Positions 48,838-61,941 are shown, numbered from the stretch's first letter. The stretch is 64,000 nucleotides of DNA from Basidiobolus meristosporus CBS 931.73 (GCA_002104905.1 MCFE01000266.1:43662-107661); one strand, 5' to 3'. Translations and numbers: made by a program. The notes: generated by a model from the sequence alone, not told the origin.

Positions 48838-50016
48838 TTTAAGTGATGGTTCTCGTATGTCCAATAAAATCATGCCTTTTGCAATTGAGCTGAAACTTGG
48901 TCCAGGTGACACTAAAACCAGATGTGTTTGATGCTGTTGATGGGGTGCCAACGGGACCATTGAAGCTTCCGTTGTCCCGACCCACTTTGCTATTCCGCTG
49001 TGTGTGGCTGTGGGGGCAAGGCCTATACGTGTCTTGGGCAACTTTTCTTAGCTAGTCCCTGAGCCAAGCCACCCATCAGCACAAAGTCCCCCAAGGAGCC
49101 ACGGTCCCGGCGATCTTGGTGCCAAGTGGGGGTGCGAGAGCACGCCTTACCATGGGCAGCCTTCTTGGTGGTGACGGCAGAGAGGGCGCCTACTACGCCA
49201 GGTGGAATTCTCCTGAACGAAGAGGCATCAAGCAGTTGCCTGCGCTGAAGATCCAGCACACCAGTGGGCGAAGCCGTCTAAGACCAGAGCCAAAAGCACT
49301 GAATCATGCAAAATGCTCTCGAATTTTATGCAGCTAGTCTAACTCCCTGCCTAGATCGGCATTGGCAAAATCGAAATGAAACCAAGCCAAGGTTGGTGCG
49401 AAATGCATGGCATAAACCAAACCCAGCCTCCTTGTTGATGTGGGGAATCCATAGGAATCCGTCGTAACCCTGAGCGTAACCAGCTTAGCCACCCCTAATG
49501 TGATACGTAATTTAGCCTGGCCTTTTCTGGCTCCTAAAACCTGATGTTCCCTAACTCTGACCTGCTAGCTGTGTAGCAGCATTTCCCCCTAACTCCTTTG
49601 CTTGAATGGATCACAAGTGCACCCCCCCCTCGATTCGTTTGGAATCATCCAATTCCCAGACTCCCTCGTAAATAATACAAATTGACAAAGCCGTCTGACT
49701 CCATTGGCCCACATCATTTCCGTTTCCGGTTGAACTGGAATATCGAGCCATATATGCACCGTCGCGAAAAGGTCGAGGCGAATTTAATAGGCTGGAGGGA
49801 GAGCTGAGGTTGGTCAAGTGCAGTGGCAATCAATTCAATGCAGCCACTCTAAAAACCTGACGAAGAGCGGGAGAGGTGAGGGTGAGGTGTGGGGGCTTTT
49901 CCCTTCCAAGTGAGATTGGCTGTCTTAAAGTGGGTCACTTCCATTCGACCGTTTCTTCACCCAACTTTCAAAAAACCAAAAAAAATACTCTTGATTTTTA
50001 TATACAGTTGTATTGA

Positions 50017-52083
<2,067 letters not shown>

Positions 52084-52644
52084 GCGACGAATGTTCATAT
52101 TGAAGTGGCCACTCGCTCATCAAAAGTGATGTCGAGCTTGTGCCTAACGGACCGATGTTGGTTCACCCAAACCCTTTCTAATTCAATCCAATGCTGGTAT
52201 CTGTAATAATCTAGATGTAACTCCTTCCAGAATGTTATTAGCTGACTTTCAATGCCGAAGTTACTACGCTATCTGATATATCTTTGTGACGAGCGACACT
52301 AATGTATGGAATATTTATTTGCTTTAATTTAGTGGAGTATGTCTTGACTTGCAGTTCAGGTTAATAAAATTGTTGAAAAGCTGACCTGGAACGTAGAGAA
52401 TATGCAAATACTCACTCGCGGCCCTTAGTAACATGACCTGGGCCTGGTCAGCCCAATGTTCTGCTGCGGTGAGGAAAACAGACACCATGGCCGCAAATCA
52501 ATCAAAAATCTCGTTGTTTATTGCCACATATTAAGCAGGCTAATACCCAGCTTATATCAGGAGCAATTTGCCCAGGGCAAAACAGACTGCTTCCCCTCCA
52601 CAATAGCCATCTTTTGTGTTTGATACTGTCGAGGTCCTTTCCTG

Positions 52645-53007
52645 ATGGACGAGCTTTTCACCCTGAGTTTCTTTCAAAAACTTATCTCGTTGGTACAGGT
52701 GCCTGTGGAAGAGGTGGCCTCTAGGCCCCAGTTCCTATTCCACAAGTACGGTCTCAATCCAGAATTGGTCACACTGGCCTTTACCCTGCTGGCTATAGGT
52801 ATAGCAATAACCCTTCTCTTTAAGCTTGTTCATTGCACACTTTGGTTAGTCTGGACTGCCGCGAAATTCTGTCTATTTGCCTTTCTGGTGACCATCTTTC
52901 TTCATGGCTTACTGGAGATGGATTGTATATATTTCAATGGGGAGCTGAAAAGGCGCGTCGTAAAAAAGACACTTGAATATGGCGGCTGGTTGTTTCGCTG
53001 GCAGTAG
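52645..53007 (+). CDS. 120-aa hypothetical membrane protein (2-3 hydrophobic helices)
   Basis: Open frame with LVTLAFTLLAIGIAITLLF and LWLVWTAAKFCLFAFLVTIFL segments; no family recognised. Confidence 0.5.
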   Translation: MDELFTLSFFQKLISLVQVPVEEVASRPQFLFHKYGLNPELVTLAFTLLAIGIAITLLFKLVHCTLWLVWTAAKFCLFAFLVTIFLHGLLEMDCIYFNGELKRRVVKKTLEYGGWLFRWQ

Positions 53008-55266
53008 CACGCTATGAAGAATGGGCACACATCTCGTGGAGCCTCCTTTGCCCTATTGGTATCAAGGACGGTTACCGAGGCACTCTTTTGTGCATGACGT
53101 TGATTTAATATAACTGATATTCGCTGAATACACCTAGCAAACATTCTCTTGAGCAACCCTCACTCTATAATCCTAAGTAGTATCTGTGTTCCTGTCGACC
53201 AGGCATTTCGTCCGCTCGAAAGTCCAATCTTTCCGCTTTGGATGCCGTCTATTGCTGAAATATGTCATCGAGAAGGATGATACGATCCATAGCCCAACGC
53301 ATCCTCACCATCAATCAGGTGCTATGCATCGCCTAGTGTCATACTCTCTGCGAGGTATGCTGGAGGTCAGCAAAATGCTCATTCACTGTGCTCATTCAGG
53401 TCAATACATCATACAACATGAACAACTGGGATCACACCAATGTTACGAGTATGGGTGCAGTGCAGGCTAGGTGTCTCTTTGTATTGGGATTCTAAGTATT
53501 TGTGATGCCATACGTAAGATGCCTTGATTGTGTCTTGTCTACAGAATCTACTTCTCCCCCATCTTGAACTATCATTAGAACTGAAGGTCATCAATAAACC
53601 AAGGCTATGATACTCATGCACCCAAGGGATTGATATGCCTGACAAAAACAATATGCAACAGCTCGTCGCCGTGTGTGGCTCACAAAGCAACATCCATGCT
53701 GTTAGCCAGATAGAGTTTGTTTCGTTTTGATGTGCTTTGGTTGGATATGGGATAGATTAAGACGGATGTGAACATATTTCTGACATCCGCCTATTCGCTT
53801 TCTGGGTTGCTCATCACTAGAGGGATCTCTTGAGGGTGTATGTAATAGCAGGTTTGCTGCTACTGTGTCCAATATCGTAATCCATACGAATGCAATGTAA
53901 CTCATGCAACCTCTATCCCGGTCTTGTGAAATAGCCCGAACTTCCGGAACCCAACCAGAGAAAATCCCTCTGGAAGTCTTGGATGCAGAGCTTGTGTGGC
54001 TGAGGTGTGTTAGAAGCTGCGGTTATTTGGCAACCAATTGATTCAACAAATCCGATGTGTAGAAGTTATGTCACATCGTGGCCCTATTCTTTTAAGCTTC
54101 GAGACCATATTTGTTCAATCTATTTTGAACCTTCCCATTTAGTCATATCGTAGCGGTATTGAAAGATGTATGATAAGGATAAAGGTGCGCGTGACATGGT
54201 TTCAACTCCTTTTTGCTTGGAATTCTTATTGAACAATGTCAAATGGATGCGATTTGCCTCATTTGCTCCTCGTAGAATGAGTCGAAAAAAGCCCTCCGTT
54301 TAAGGCTCACTGTCGGGTGATTCTTCATGGCCTTGACAGTGCAAGAAAACGCAGCAGTAGCATCCCGCGTTGGATACTTTTAAACTGCTCAGTGGTGGAT
54401 GCTGGAGGATGTGGATCTATCCAGCAGAGTGGCGTGAGGTTTGCAATAGAAATGGATCACGATCCCGGAACCATTCCCAAGGATTGCCTTGCTTTCCGCA
54501 ACAACAAATGAATCAGGAGCCACTAGAGGAGGCTGTTCGACGACTACAGATATGATGGACCGGGGCCTCAGCAAGACTCCTAAAAAGTGAGTGATGCACA
54601 ATACCACACCAACGCATGCATCACCTGATCGTAGCGTAACTATTTGGAAAGTCAATAATCCAGAAATAGCCATTTAGTATCAATGTCTTATCTGAGATAA
54701 GGAAGTATCCTTCAAACCATCCCTAATGGCTTGACATACCATGTCCTCGTTTCAGTCGGGGCATTCCTGTTGTTTCTGCTAAGGAGTCACGTTGATCTGG
54801 ATAGATGTTTTGCCGAGATCTAGCCACTATGGTGGTGCGAATGGAGGATAAGCAGCAGATAGCCAGCTCCGAAATCCTGGCCACGGAAGACTCTTCGGCA
54901 GGAAGAATAGGCCCAGATAACTTGGAAACCTAGCAGTGATGCTTGCAAGGGGCCAGGTGAGTTCTCGACAGAGCCGAAATTGGTCACGATTGCCAGTTTT
55001 TATTATAGCACTGAAAAAGCTACAACCCATCGATACTTGATTTTGTCGCTCATTAATGTGCAATGATGATGTTTGGTGGGGGCAGTCGAGGGAAGCTGGT
55101 TAGTTCTAAATGAATATTCTACGGTGTTCTACATATAAACAAAATCGAAATCCTTCATAAGGAAAGTTTGCCCCTGGATGACCTATATGTAGGGTCCATT
55201 CCTCGGAAAAACATGCCAAGTTGGATTCAGCATGATGTGGAGTTTTCTGATCGTCTACCGGGAACA

Positions 55267-57078
55267 TTACACCGGCGCACGGCATCCAAATGATGGGGCC
55301 GCCCCTTTGTGTGCAAATCCGTCGATGATCCCTTGGATACTAGAGTAGATGCCAAGCCCAGCAGCGACACACGCGGCCAAAAAGAAAAGGAAGTTGAACA
55401 GCTTGACATACCAGCGCTTAGCGATGCCGCGGCGCCAGCGAGAGAAGTCCCGCCAGCTATCTATGCGATGAATAGCCCCGGTATTGATGTCTAGCGGCTT
55501 CTCGCCCTCCATGGCGTCCCTTTGGATCTCGAACCCAAGCATCAAGATGGGTGGGAAGGTGTAGCTGAACTGGAGAATACACACTGCTGCCACCAAGCCG
55601 GCTACGTTGCTGATTTGGGGAACGGAGCTCGCAACGATATAGGCTACTATCCAATAGACGACGACCAGGATGAACCACAGATACTTTCCAGCACGGGAAT
55701 ACATATCAGGGCCCTTCATCAGGTCGGTAATGATGTTTTGGTACAGGACCTTGATTCCGATGTTCCCGTACAGTCCGGCGGAAATCAAAGCAGACACCAG
55801 AGAGATGACGTTGGTGGCGGTCTGCCAGGCATAGTTGGAAATCCCTTGGTTTCCAGGGTTGATAGTGAATTGCCCCTGGTAGTGGTAAACGAAGACGCCG
55901 AAGAACATATAGCAGGCGAAAATGAGCAACTGAGCACATGCCATTCCTTTCCAGAAGTCCCATGGACGGCGCATTTCGGCCATGATCTCGACAAACATAA
56001 TTGCCCCGCCGTATGAATACACAATCTGCATAATACCGACGATCTGGGAGTTGAGCGAGCCGTTGATGAACGCTTTGGAGACAACGGTGGTTCCGCTGAT
56101 CCCGCCTTCCCGAGCAGCAGCCGCGAAATTGGGTGCGGTGTGCGCAACAACGCCCATGGTCAATATGATCACCAGCAGATTCAACCACACGGCAAAATTG
56201 GCTAGCCAACCGAAATTCTTCAGCGAGCGGATCTGACCAATGAACATACCAGCCAGGGCCCAGATCAAGGTCAGCACGCTGAAGCAAACCCGGTATTTAG
56301 ATATCTGAGCTAAACCTTGACCATTGCCCAAAATGATGATGGCGACGTTGAAAAGAAACTGGAGGGATTGGAGGAAATTTACGATGTATCGTGCCCAGCG
56401 ACCGAAGACTCGATAGCTCAGCTCACTGTAGTTGTGGACCGGAAACTGCGCGGAATCAAGATTCATGTACATGACCCAGAGCTGCCAGCCGGTGTATGCG
56501 GCTGCCAATCCCATGAATGAGAACAACAACACCCCAGTGCCATATCCGAGCTGAGAAAACGCCCATGGCGCAGCACTTGGCCCCAGAATATCTGTGGTGA
56601 TCAGGTAGAAGACCGCTTGCCAGGAAGCAGAACGCAGAGCACGCTGGGCCTGAAGCTTCTCGGCATCCAAGTCCCAGCCAAGGATTGGTGGCAATTCGCC
56701 GACCTCGTCCGGGTTGCTTTGCTGTTCGGTTTCTTGTTCGACCTCCTTTCCTGTGTTTCTCCCGAGCCTTGAGCGCAATCCCTTTAGTTTGATGTCGCTA
56801 CTTTCCTTTTTGGCATCTAGCTTGTCATGTTGTTGCTTTACAGACGCCCAGTACAGATATGCTTCCATGGGAATCTCATCAGTTGAGCTGTAAGGCGAGC
56901 CTATGGGCTCTCTCTCCACTAGAGAGTTCTTGGCGAGCTTTGCGTCGCTGGAGTGCGAGGCTTCGTGGTGCGAGCGATGATGTAGGGTATCGTGATGTAG
57001 GCGAGGGTCACCCCCTTCCAAAGCAAAGCCTGCAGGTGCCGTATATGCCATGATATTGAGGAGTCCAAAGGTTATCAC
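55267..57078 (-). CDS. Amino acid/auxin permease (Aa_trans, Mtr-like) transporter, intronless; likely start MAYTAP at 57051
   Basis: ASWQAVFYLITTDILGP, YSYGGAIMFVEIMAEMRRPWDFWK, ~11 hydrophobic segments. Confidence 0.92.
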   Translation of the reverse strand: MITFGLLNIMAYTAPAGFALEGGDPRLHHDTLHHRSHHEASHSSDAKLAKNSLVEREPIGSPYSSTDEIPMEAYLYWASVKQQHDKLDAKKESSDIKLKGLRSRLGRNTGKEVEQETEQQSNPDEVGELPPILGWDLDAEKLQAQRALRSASWQAVFYLITTDILGPSAAPWAFSQLGYGTGVLLFSFMGLAAAYTGWQLWVMYMNLDSAQFPVHNYSELSYRVFGRWARYIVNFLQSLQFLFNVAIIILGNGQGLAQISKYRVCFSVLTLIWALAGMFIGQIRSLKNFGWLANFAVWLNLLVIILTMGVVAHTAPNFAAAAREGGISGTTVVSKAFINGSLNSQIVGIMQIVYSYGGAIMFVEIMAEMRRPWDFWKGMACAQLLIFACYMFFGVFVYHYQGQFTINPGNQGISNYAWQTATNVISLVSALISAGLYGNIGIKVLYQNIITDLMKGPDMYSRAGKYLWFILVVVYWIVAYIVASSVPQISNVAGLVAAVCILQFSYTFPPILMLGFEIQRDAMEGEKPLDINTGAIHRIDSWRDFSRWRRGIAKRWYVKLFNFLFFLAACVAAGLGIYSSIQGIIDGFAHKGAAPSFGCRAPV

Positions 57079-58832
57079 CGACCGCCTTATAAATCCTCCA
57101 GCTCAAATCTCAAAAACTGGCCTAATCGTCCTCATATTCTAGAAATGGCAACCCGAGCAGCTGACTCTAGATAAGGCACTTTCTATAAACTGCTGGCCAT
57201 GATCTTAGTGGTGAGGATTATCAAAATATTGGAATCTGCCCCGATTGCGGTTAGATAGAAGCATCAAGCCTCTTCATCGAAATCCAGGATGCTCACCTGA
57301 TTAAACTCTCCGGTGAATCCTCGATAACACATTTGCTTGCTACAGTAGGAAGTCTCCATTTATATCCACAGCTGCAGAGTCACCATTGTCCACCACAACC
57401 AGCCTAGTTTTTTTTGCATTCATAGTGGTGGGCTCGAGTTGGTCTAGCTGGATATAGAAATTGCATCATCAGTTGTCGGTGGAAGTTCCTTCTTGGTTCT
57501 CTATCATCCTTGGGATTGAATACAATAGCGATGTATTCAAGCTAGAATTAGCCTTCCCTGTTTGAAACCCGAATGGTGACTTCTCCAAGTGGTACGTGCT
57601 GCAGTTATCAGAGCCGCTCAATATTCCACACATCAGTATGTCGTTGGATTTATACACATAGAGTACTCTGGATGAATTAGAAGTATCTTCCTCCACCGTG
57701 ATCGAGACCTTTGCCGTTTATTATGTTTCGATCAAATTGAGTTCCCGATCTTCCAGCCAGTGGTGGCTGATGAATTAATGATCGGCTAGCCCATAGATTA
57801 ATTGGAAATCTGCTAAATCGGGCTTTGCACATCAACATAGCTATTTGAATAGATTACAGTTAATCGGCATGGTGAGATCATCGAACAGGTGTATTTTCTA
57901 CCGTTGAATCCTCGCCCACGGCATGTTAAATAACTGTCAGACTATACGGTTTTGATCAACACAAGTTCCAAGTGAACTTAGGGCTGAGAACTATTAAAGC
58001 TGGACAGATTCAGTGTTGAAAGTGTTGCTAACGTGATTTTAGCACCGAACTACTGCAATCTGGAATAGACAATTAAGCTTCTGGAATAGTTACGATCAAA
58101 ATTGTCGCTATGAACAGATATGATGTGTCCCAGCGCATTCAAAACGATTTCAAGCTGGCACTCAGCTTCTCATCGCAACAAGTGCCAGGAGTTTACTACT
58201 TGATGTCTGAATGTACACCAGACTGTAGAGCTTTACGGATGAATACAGAAAAATAGAAATATCCATGATTATGGCGGTGAATAATTACGCAATATACACA
58301 TCAAAGAATATCTCTAGAGCCACATCGAGTGTACTACTCATCTGCTGTGCCACAAGTAATAATGCATAGTAATGACAAATACTTGAATCTCACATTTGTT
58401 GTAAGCTTTTAGTAGACACCTATACCATTCATATACCTTAAGATTCTATTTAGCTTATCGATAAATTATGAATTATTTACTTTTGATTTAGTTTATGAGA
58501 TGTTACCCAAGTGAAGGCCCGGATACTGTCAGTAGTTTTTTTACTTGTTCAAAACCCCAAGCTATGAACACCACTTCCTGTGTCTTTTCTTAAAGTACAA
58601 CTGTCATCAGTCTTACAATGCAGAAGTATAAATACTTTGCCTGAACTCAATGGAGTAACACATAAGAAACATGCATTTCTTATTATTCTCTAAACCACCC
58701 CCACACTCCCTAAAAGCTTACAGCAGCATTCAGGTTACTTCACTAGAGGTACCTGCTGAGACTGATCAGGATGGTAGCTAAAGCACAACTATGTTGTATG
58801 ATTTACCCAGTTACCATGCCCCCTTAGTACCT

Positions 58833-59155
58833 AAACAGCCCCAAACTTGGCACATATGCTCTTGGGACCTTTCTTAGCTTATTCTACATGTTTGCAATGC
58901 CAAGATCATGTAAAAGTATAAATACTACTTTTACATGCAACAAATCATTAAGTGAAAACCACATAATTAACTTGTTCTCCCAACCACTTCCAATATCTCC
59001 GAGACTCTTACAACAGGTTATGAGCCCCAAGCTGTCACTCTCTGTAATGTCTACTACTGCTATTACTGGAATTTTTCCCTCTGCTGAAAAGTTAGACGGA
59101 TCTAACTACCAAGTGTGGAAGGTGAAGATGCAGATGCTGCTACAACAGAGGTGCC
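58833..59155 (+). mobile_element. Copia partial 5' LTR (to 59015), PBS (59016-59028) and gag start, broken off at codon ~45
   Basis: CTTACAACA|GGTTATGAGCCCC; MSPKLSLS...LDGSNYQVWKVKMQMLLQ; homologous to 27043-27500. Confidence 0.9.
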
Positions 59156-59504
59156 TAGGGGGGGAGACAGTCACCAACAGGTGAAATCTTTATTTCAGTT
59201 GAAACAAAGAAGCCAGTGCTACTGTTGTAGCTTTGATATAAGAGTGTGTAGCTGAGGGGAATTTGTAGGTAAGTTAACAAGAAGTGATGTTAGTTCTTCA
59301 GTGGTCAAGACACTGTTCAGTGGGAAGGGGGGTAGCAAGAGGGGTAAGAATGGCTTGTGAACAACATTAATGAGGGGAATATGATAAGGATTGATATTCA
59401 TCATAAAGGGAGTGTGCTGCTTCAGATATTGCTGCTAAGGGTCTGTCAAGTACTTCAGGTAGGCCAGCTTGGGTTTTTCTGACTGCAGAATATATTGAGC
59501 AAAC
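59156..59504 (-). mobile_element. 3' fragment (~350 bp) of the telomeric LINE
   Basis: TAGGGGGGGAGACAGTCACCAACAGGTGAAATCTTTATTT..., close to 60174-60520 with scattered substitutions. Confidence 0.93.
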
Positions 59505-60173
59505 TGTTGTAAGAGTCTTGGAGACATTGGAAGTGATTGGGAGGACAAGTAGATTATGCGGTTTTCACTTAATGATTTATTAGATGTAAAGGTAGTATTT
59601 ATACTTTTACATGATCTTGGCATTGCACACATGTAGAATAAGCTAAGGAAGGTCCCAAGAGCATGTGTGCCAACTTTGGGGCTGTTTGGACAACTTATCA
59701 AATTTTCATGTTCTGGGTACCTGATATTTTGGTGAAAATATTGTAAGTAAATCCTGACAAGGAGTTTGGTAAATATCCTCTAGGATTTGAAGGTAATGAT
59801 CTAAGTGACTAAGTTAGGTGAATATTTAGGTAGAATTTCAAACTTTTACAGCACTCCCACTCAGCTAAATGTTCATACTGTCTAGTCCTAACTTTGACCT
59901 AAGATATTCAAACTTGTCTCTAGCTAATGGTTTGGTAAATATGTCTGCAACCATTTCATCTGAAGGGCAGTAAACTATGCTAACTAAGATATTCTCTATA
60001 GCTTCACATATTAAATGATGACTAATATCTGTGTGCTTAGTTCTAGCATGAAAAGTTGGATTTCTACCTATTTGTATACGTCCTTGAATATCTTGAAATA
60101 AAGTAATAGATGTTTTTGACATAGGCCTAAATCTGCAAAAAGCTTTCTTATCCACATTGCTTCTTTTGTACGG
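59505..60173 (-). mobile_element. Copia 3' end: RNase H tail, PPT and complete 346-bp 3' LTR (59505-59850); rest lost
   Basis: NPTFHARTKHTDISHHLI...DEMVADIFTKPL; PPT GAGTGGGAG; LTR TGTAAAAG...CTTACAACA. Confidence 0.92.
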
Positions 60174-61403
60174 TTAGGGGGGAGACAGTCACCAACAGGT
60201 GAAATCTTTATTTCAGTTGAAACAAAGAAGCCAGCGCTACTGTTGTAGCTTTGATACAAGAGTGTGTAGCTGAGGGGAATTTGTAGGTAAGTTAATAAGA
60301 AGTGATGATAGTTCTTCAGTGCTCAAGACACTGTTCAGTGGGAAGGGGGGTAGCAAGAGAGGTAAGAATGACTTGTGAACAACATTAATGAGGGGAATGT
60401 GATAAGGATTGATATTCATCATGAAGGGAGTGTGCTGCTGCAGATATTGCTGCCAAAGATCTGTCAAGTACTTCAGGTAGGCTAGCTTGGGTTTTTCTGA
60501 CTGCAGAATATAGTGAGCAAACTTCTTGACTTCAGGATCTCCAAGTATAGTTCTCCAGCAGGAGTCAGGTGTAGTGTGGTGTGTTCTCTTCCAGGCCTTA
60601 ATCAGTGGGTTGTTGCAGTTGTGAAGTCTGAGGTATAATCTGGTTCTAAGGTAGAGAAGTCTGATCTTATAGGGCATAAACCCAAAAGCACCAAGAATAG
60701 CATGTCTGTAGGGGCATTCAGGCAAATGAGGCACCAAGGAGGTAATGCACCATACTGCAAACTTGTCAAGCTTAGTGCAGTCTCTAGAAGTAAGAGAGAG
60801 AAGTGGTAAGCCAAATTTGAGGACAGGGAAGACAAACTGCTTGAGTAGAAGGAGGCAGCTGGGAGCTGAAGTTGTAGGAGGAGTAACAGCCAGTAGCTTG
60901 TGGAGTGCCTGTCTTGCCAGGATAATTCTCTTCTTCAGGTGTGCTCCAGAGTCTAGTCCATTGGGAAGGAAAGGAAAGCCAAGATATGTAGCAGAAACCT
61001 GAGCAGGTAGAGTGGAGTTCTCCAAGTTGATGGGAGAGCCCAAAGGTACTGTCTTTGCAATGGAAAGCTGGAGATTATTCTTCTGCAGATACTGGTGGAT
61101 GGCCTGGGAGTCTTGTTGCACATTGGAGGAGGATATTCTGATGTCATCAGCAAAGAGAGTAACCAGGCAGTCAGCTGAGAGTCTTGGGAAATCATTCAGG
61201 AAGATGGCAAACAGTATAGGACCAAGCACAGAGCCCTGAACCACTCCATTAGGAACTGAGAACACAGCTGATTGCTCACTTGGGTGCAGAATTCTTGCTT
61301 GTGGATCCAGAAACAGAGACCTGACAAGGAGGGTGAGAGAGGTACTGGAGAAGCATTGCAACTTGGACCAAAGCAGATTTCTGTCAACTGAATCAAAGGC
61401 CTT
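60174..61403 (-). mobile_element. 5'-truncated non-LTR retrotransposon (LINE), unit 1: RT motifs 3-7, thumb and 3' tail
   Basis: One open frame from KAFDSVDRNLLWSKL (starts 61403) through GVVQGSVLGPILF, LFADD and YLG to the stop at 60237. No endonuclease or 5' RT motifs remain. Confidence 0.93.
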
Positions 61404-61420
61404 AGGGTTTAGGGTCAGGG

Positions 61421-61941
61421 GGGGGGAGGAAAGTCACCAAGTGGTGAAATCTTTATTTACTTATGACAAGTATCTAAAGAAGCCAAGTTAATCTGAAGTA
61501 ATTCCTAGAAAGCTAGGTCTGAGAGATATCTTCCTGGTAAGCCAGGTCTGAGAGTTGAGAAGCTGAGTGGTACTATATTTCCTAGTTAGCTAGGTCTGAG
61601 AGAGGTTTCCTGGAAAGCCAGGCCTGAGAAGTGAGAATCTGAATATATCTGAGCTAAGTTATACTGGTTTGCGGTAGCTGAATTGTGGCCGGAATGGCCA
61701 GTAGACTAGGGGAACTGAGATGAATTTCTGAGCAATCACTGGCCAAATTTACTAGGCAAATGTGACCAATTAGCATTTCAAGGATTTCAGCCAATCAGAG
61801 CCTTTACTTTGCCCAATGGTTGATCAAGCCATCTCCCAATGAGCACACATCAATTTATTGATCAAATTTTGTTGGATCCAGGATTTGAACCCACAACCAT
61901 GGGTATGGAAGGGTTAGGGATAACCACAAGGCTAAGTGTTC
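61421..61941 (-). mobile_element. tRNA-derived SINE (~520 bp), copy 1
   Basis: A-box TAGCCTTGTGG starts exactly at tRNA position 8 (61934) and B-box GGTTCAAATCC lies at 61891-61881, 32 nt apart. The 3' tail matches the LINE tail (AATAAA + TCACC/GGTGA hairpin + C-tract). Confidence 0.8.

Noticed and set aside
52902-53905. Gene on the minus strand from several short ORFs
   Set aside because: Could not assemble a consistent spliced frame or recognise a domain.
57400-58420. Degraded secreted-protein gene on the minus strand
   Set aside because: A signal-peptide-like stretch exists near 58390, but there is no ATG in frame, there are many stops, and no family motif.
61870-61941. Functional tRNA gene
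   Set aside because: A- and B-boxes are present, but the acceptor and T stems do not pair properly and no anticodon arm forms; treated as a SINE head.
61421-61941. Hammerhead ribozyme, as in PLEs
   Set aside because: No CUGAnGA...GAAA core with flanking stems found by eye on the sense strand.
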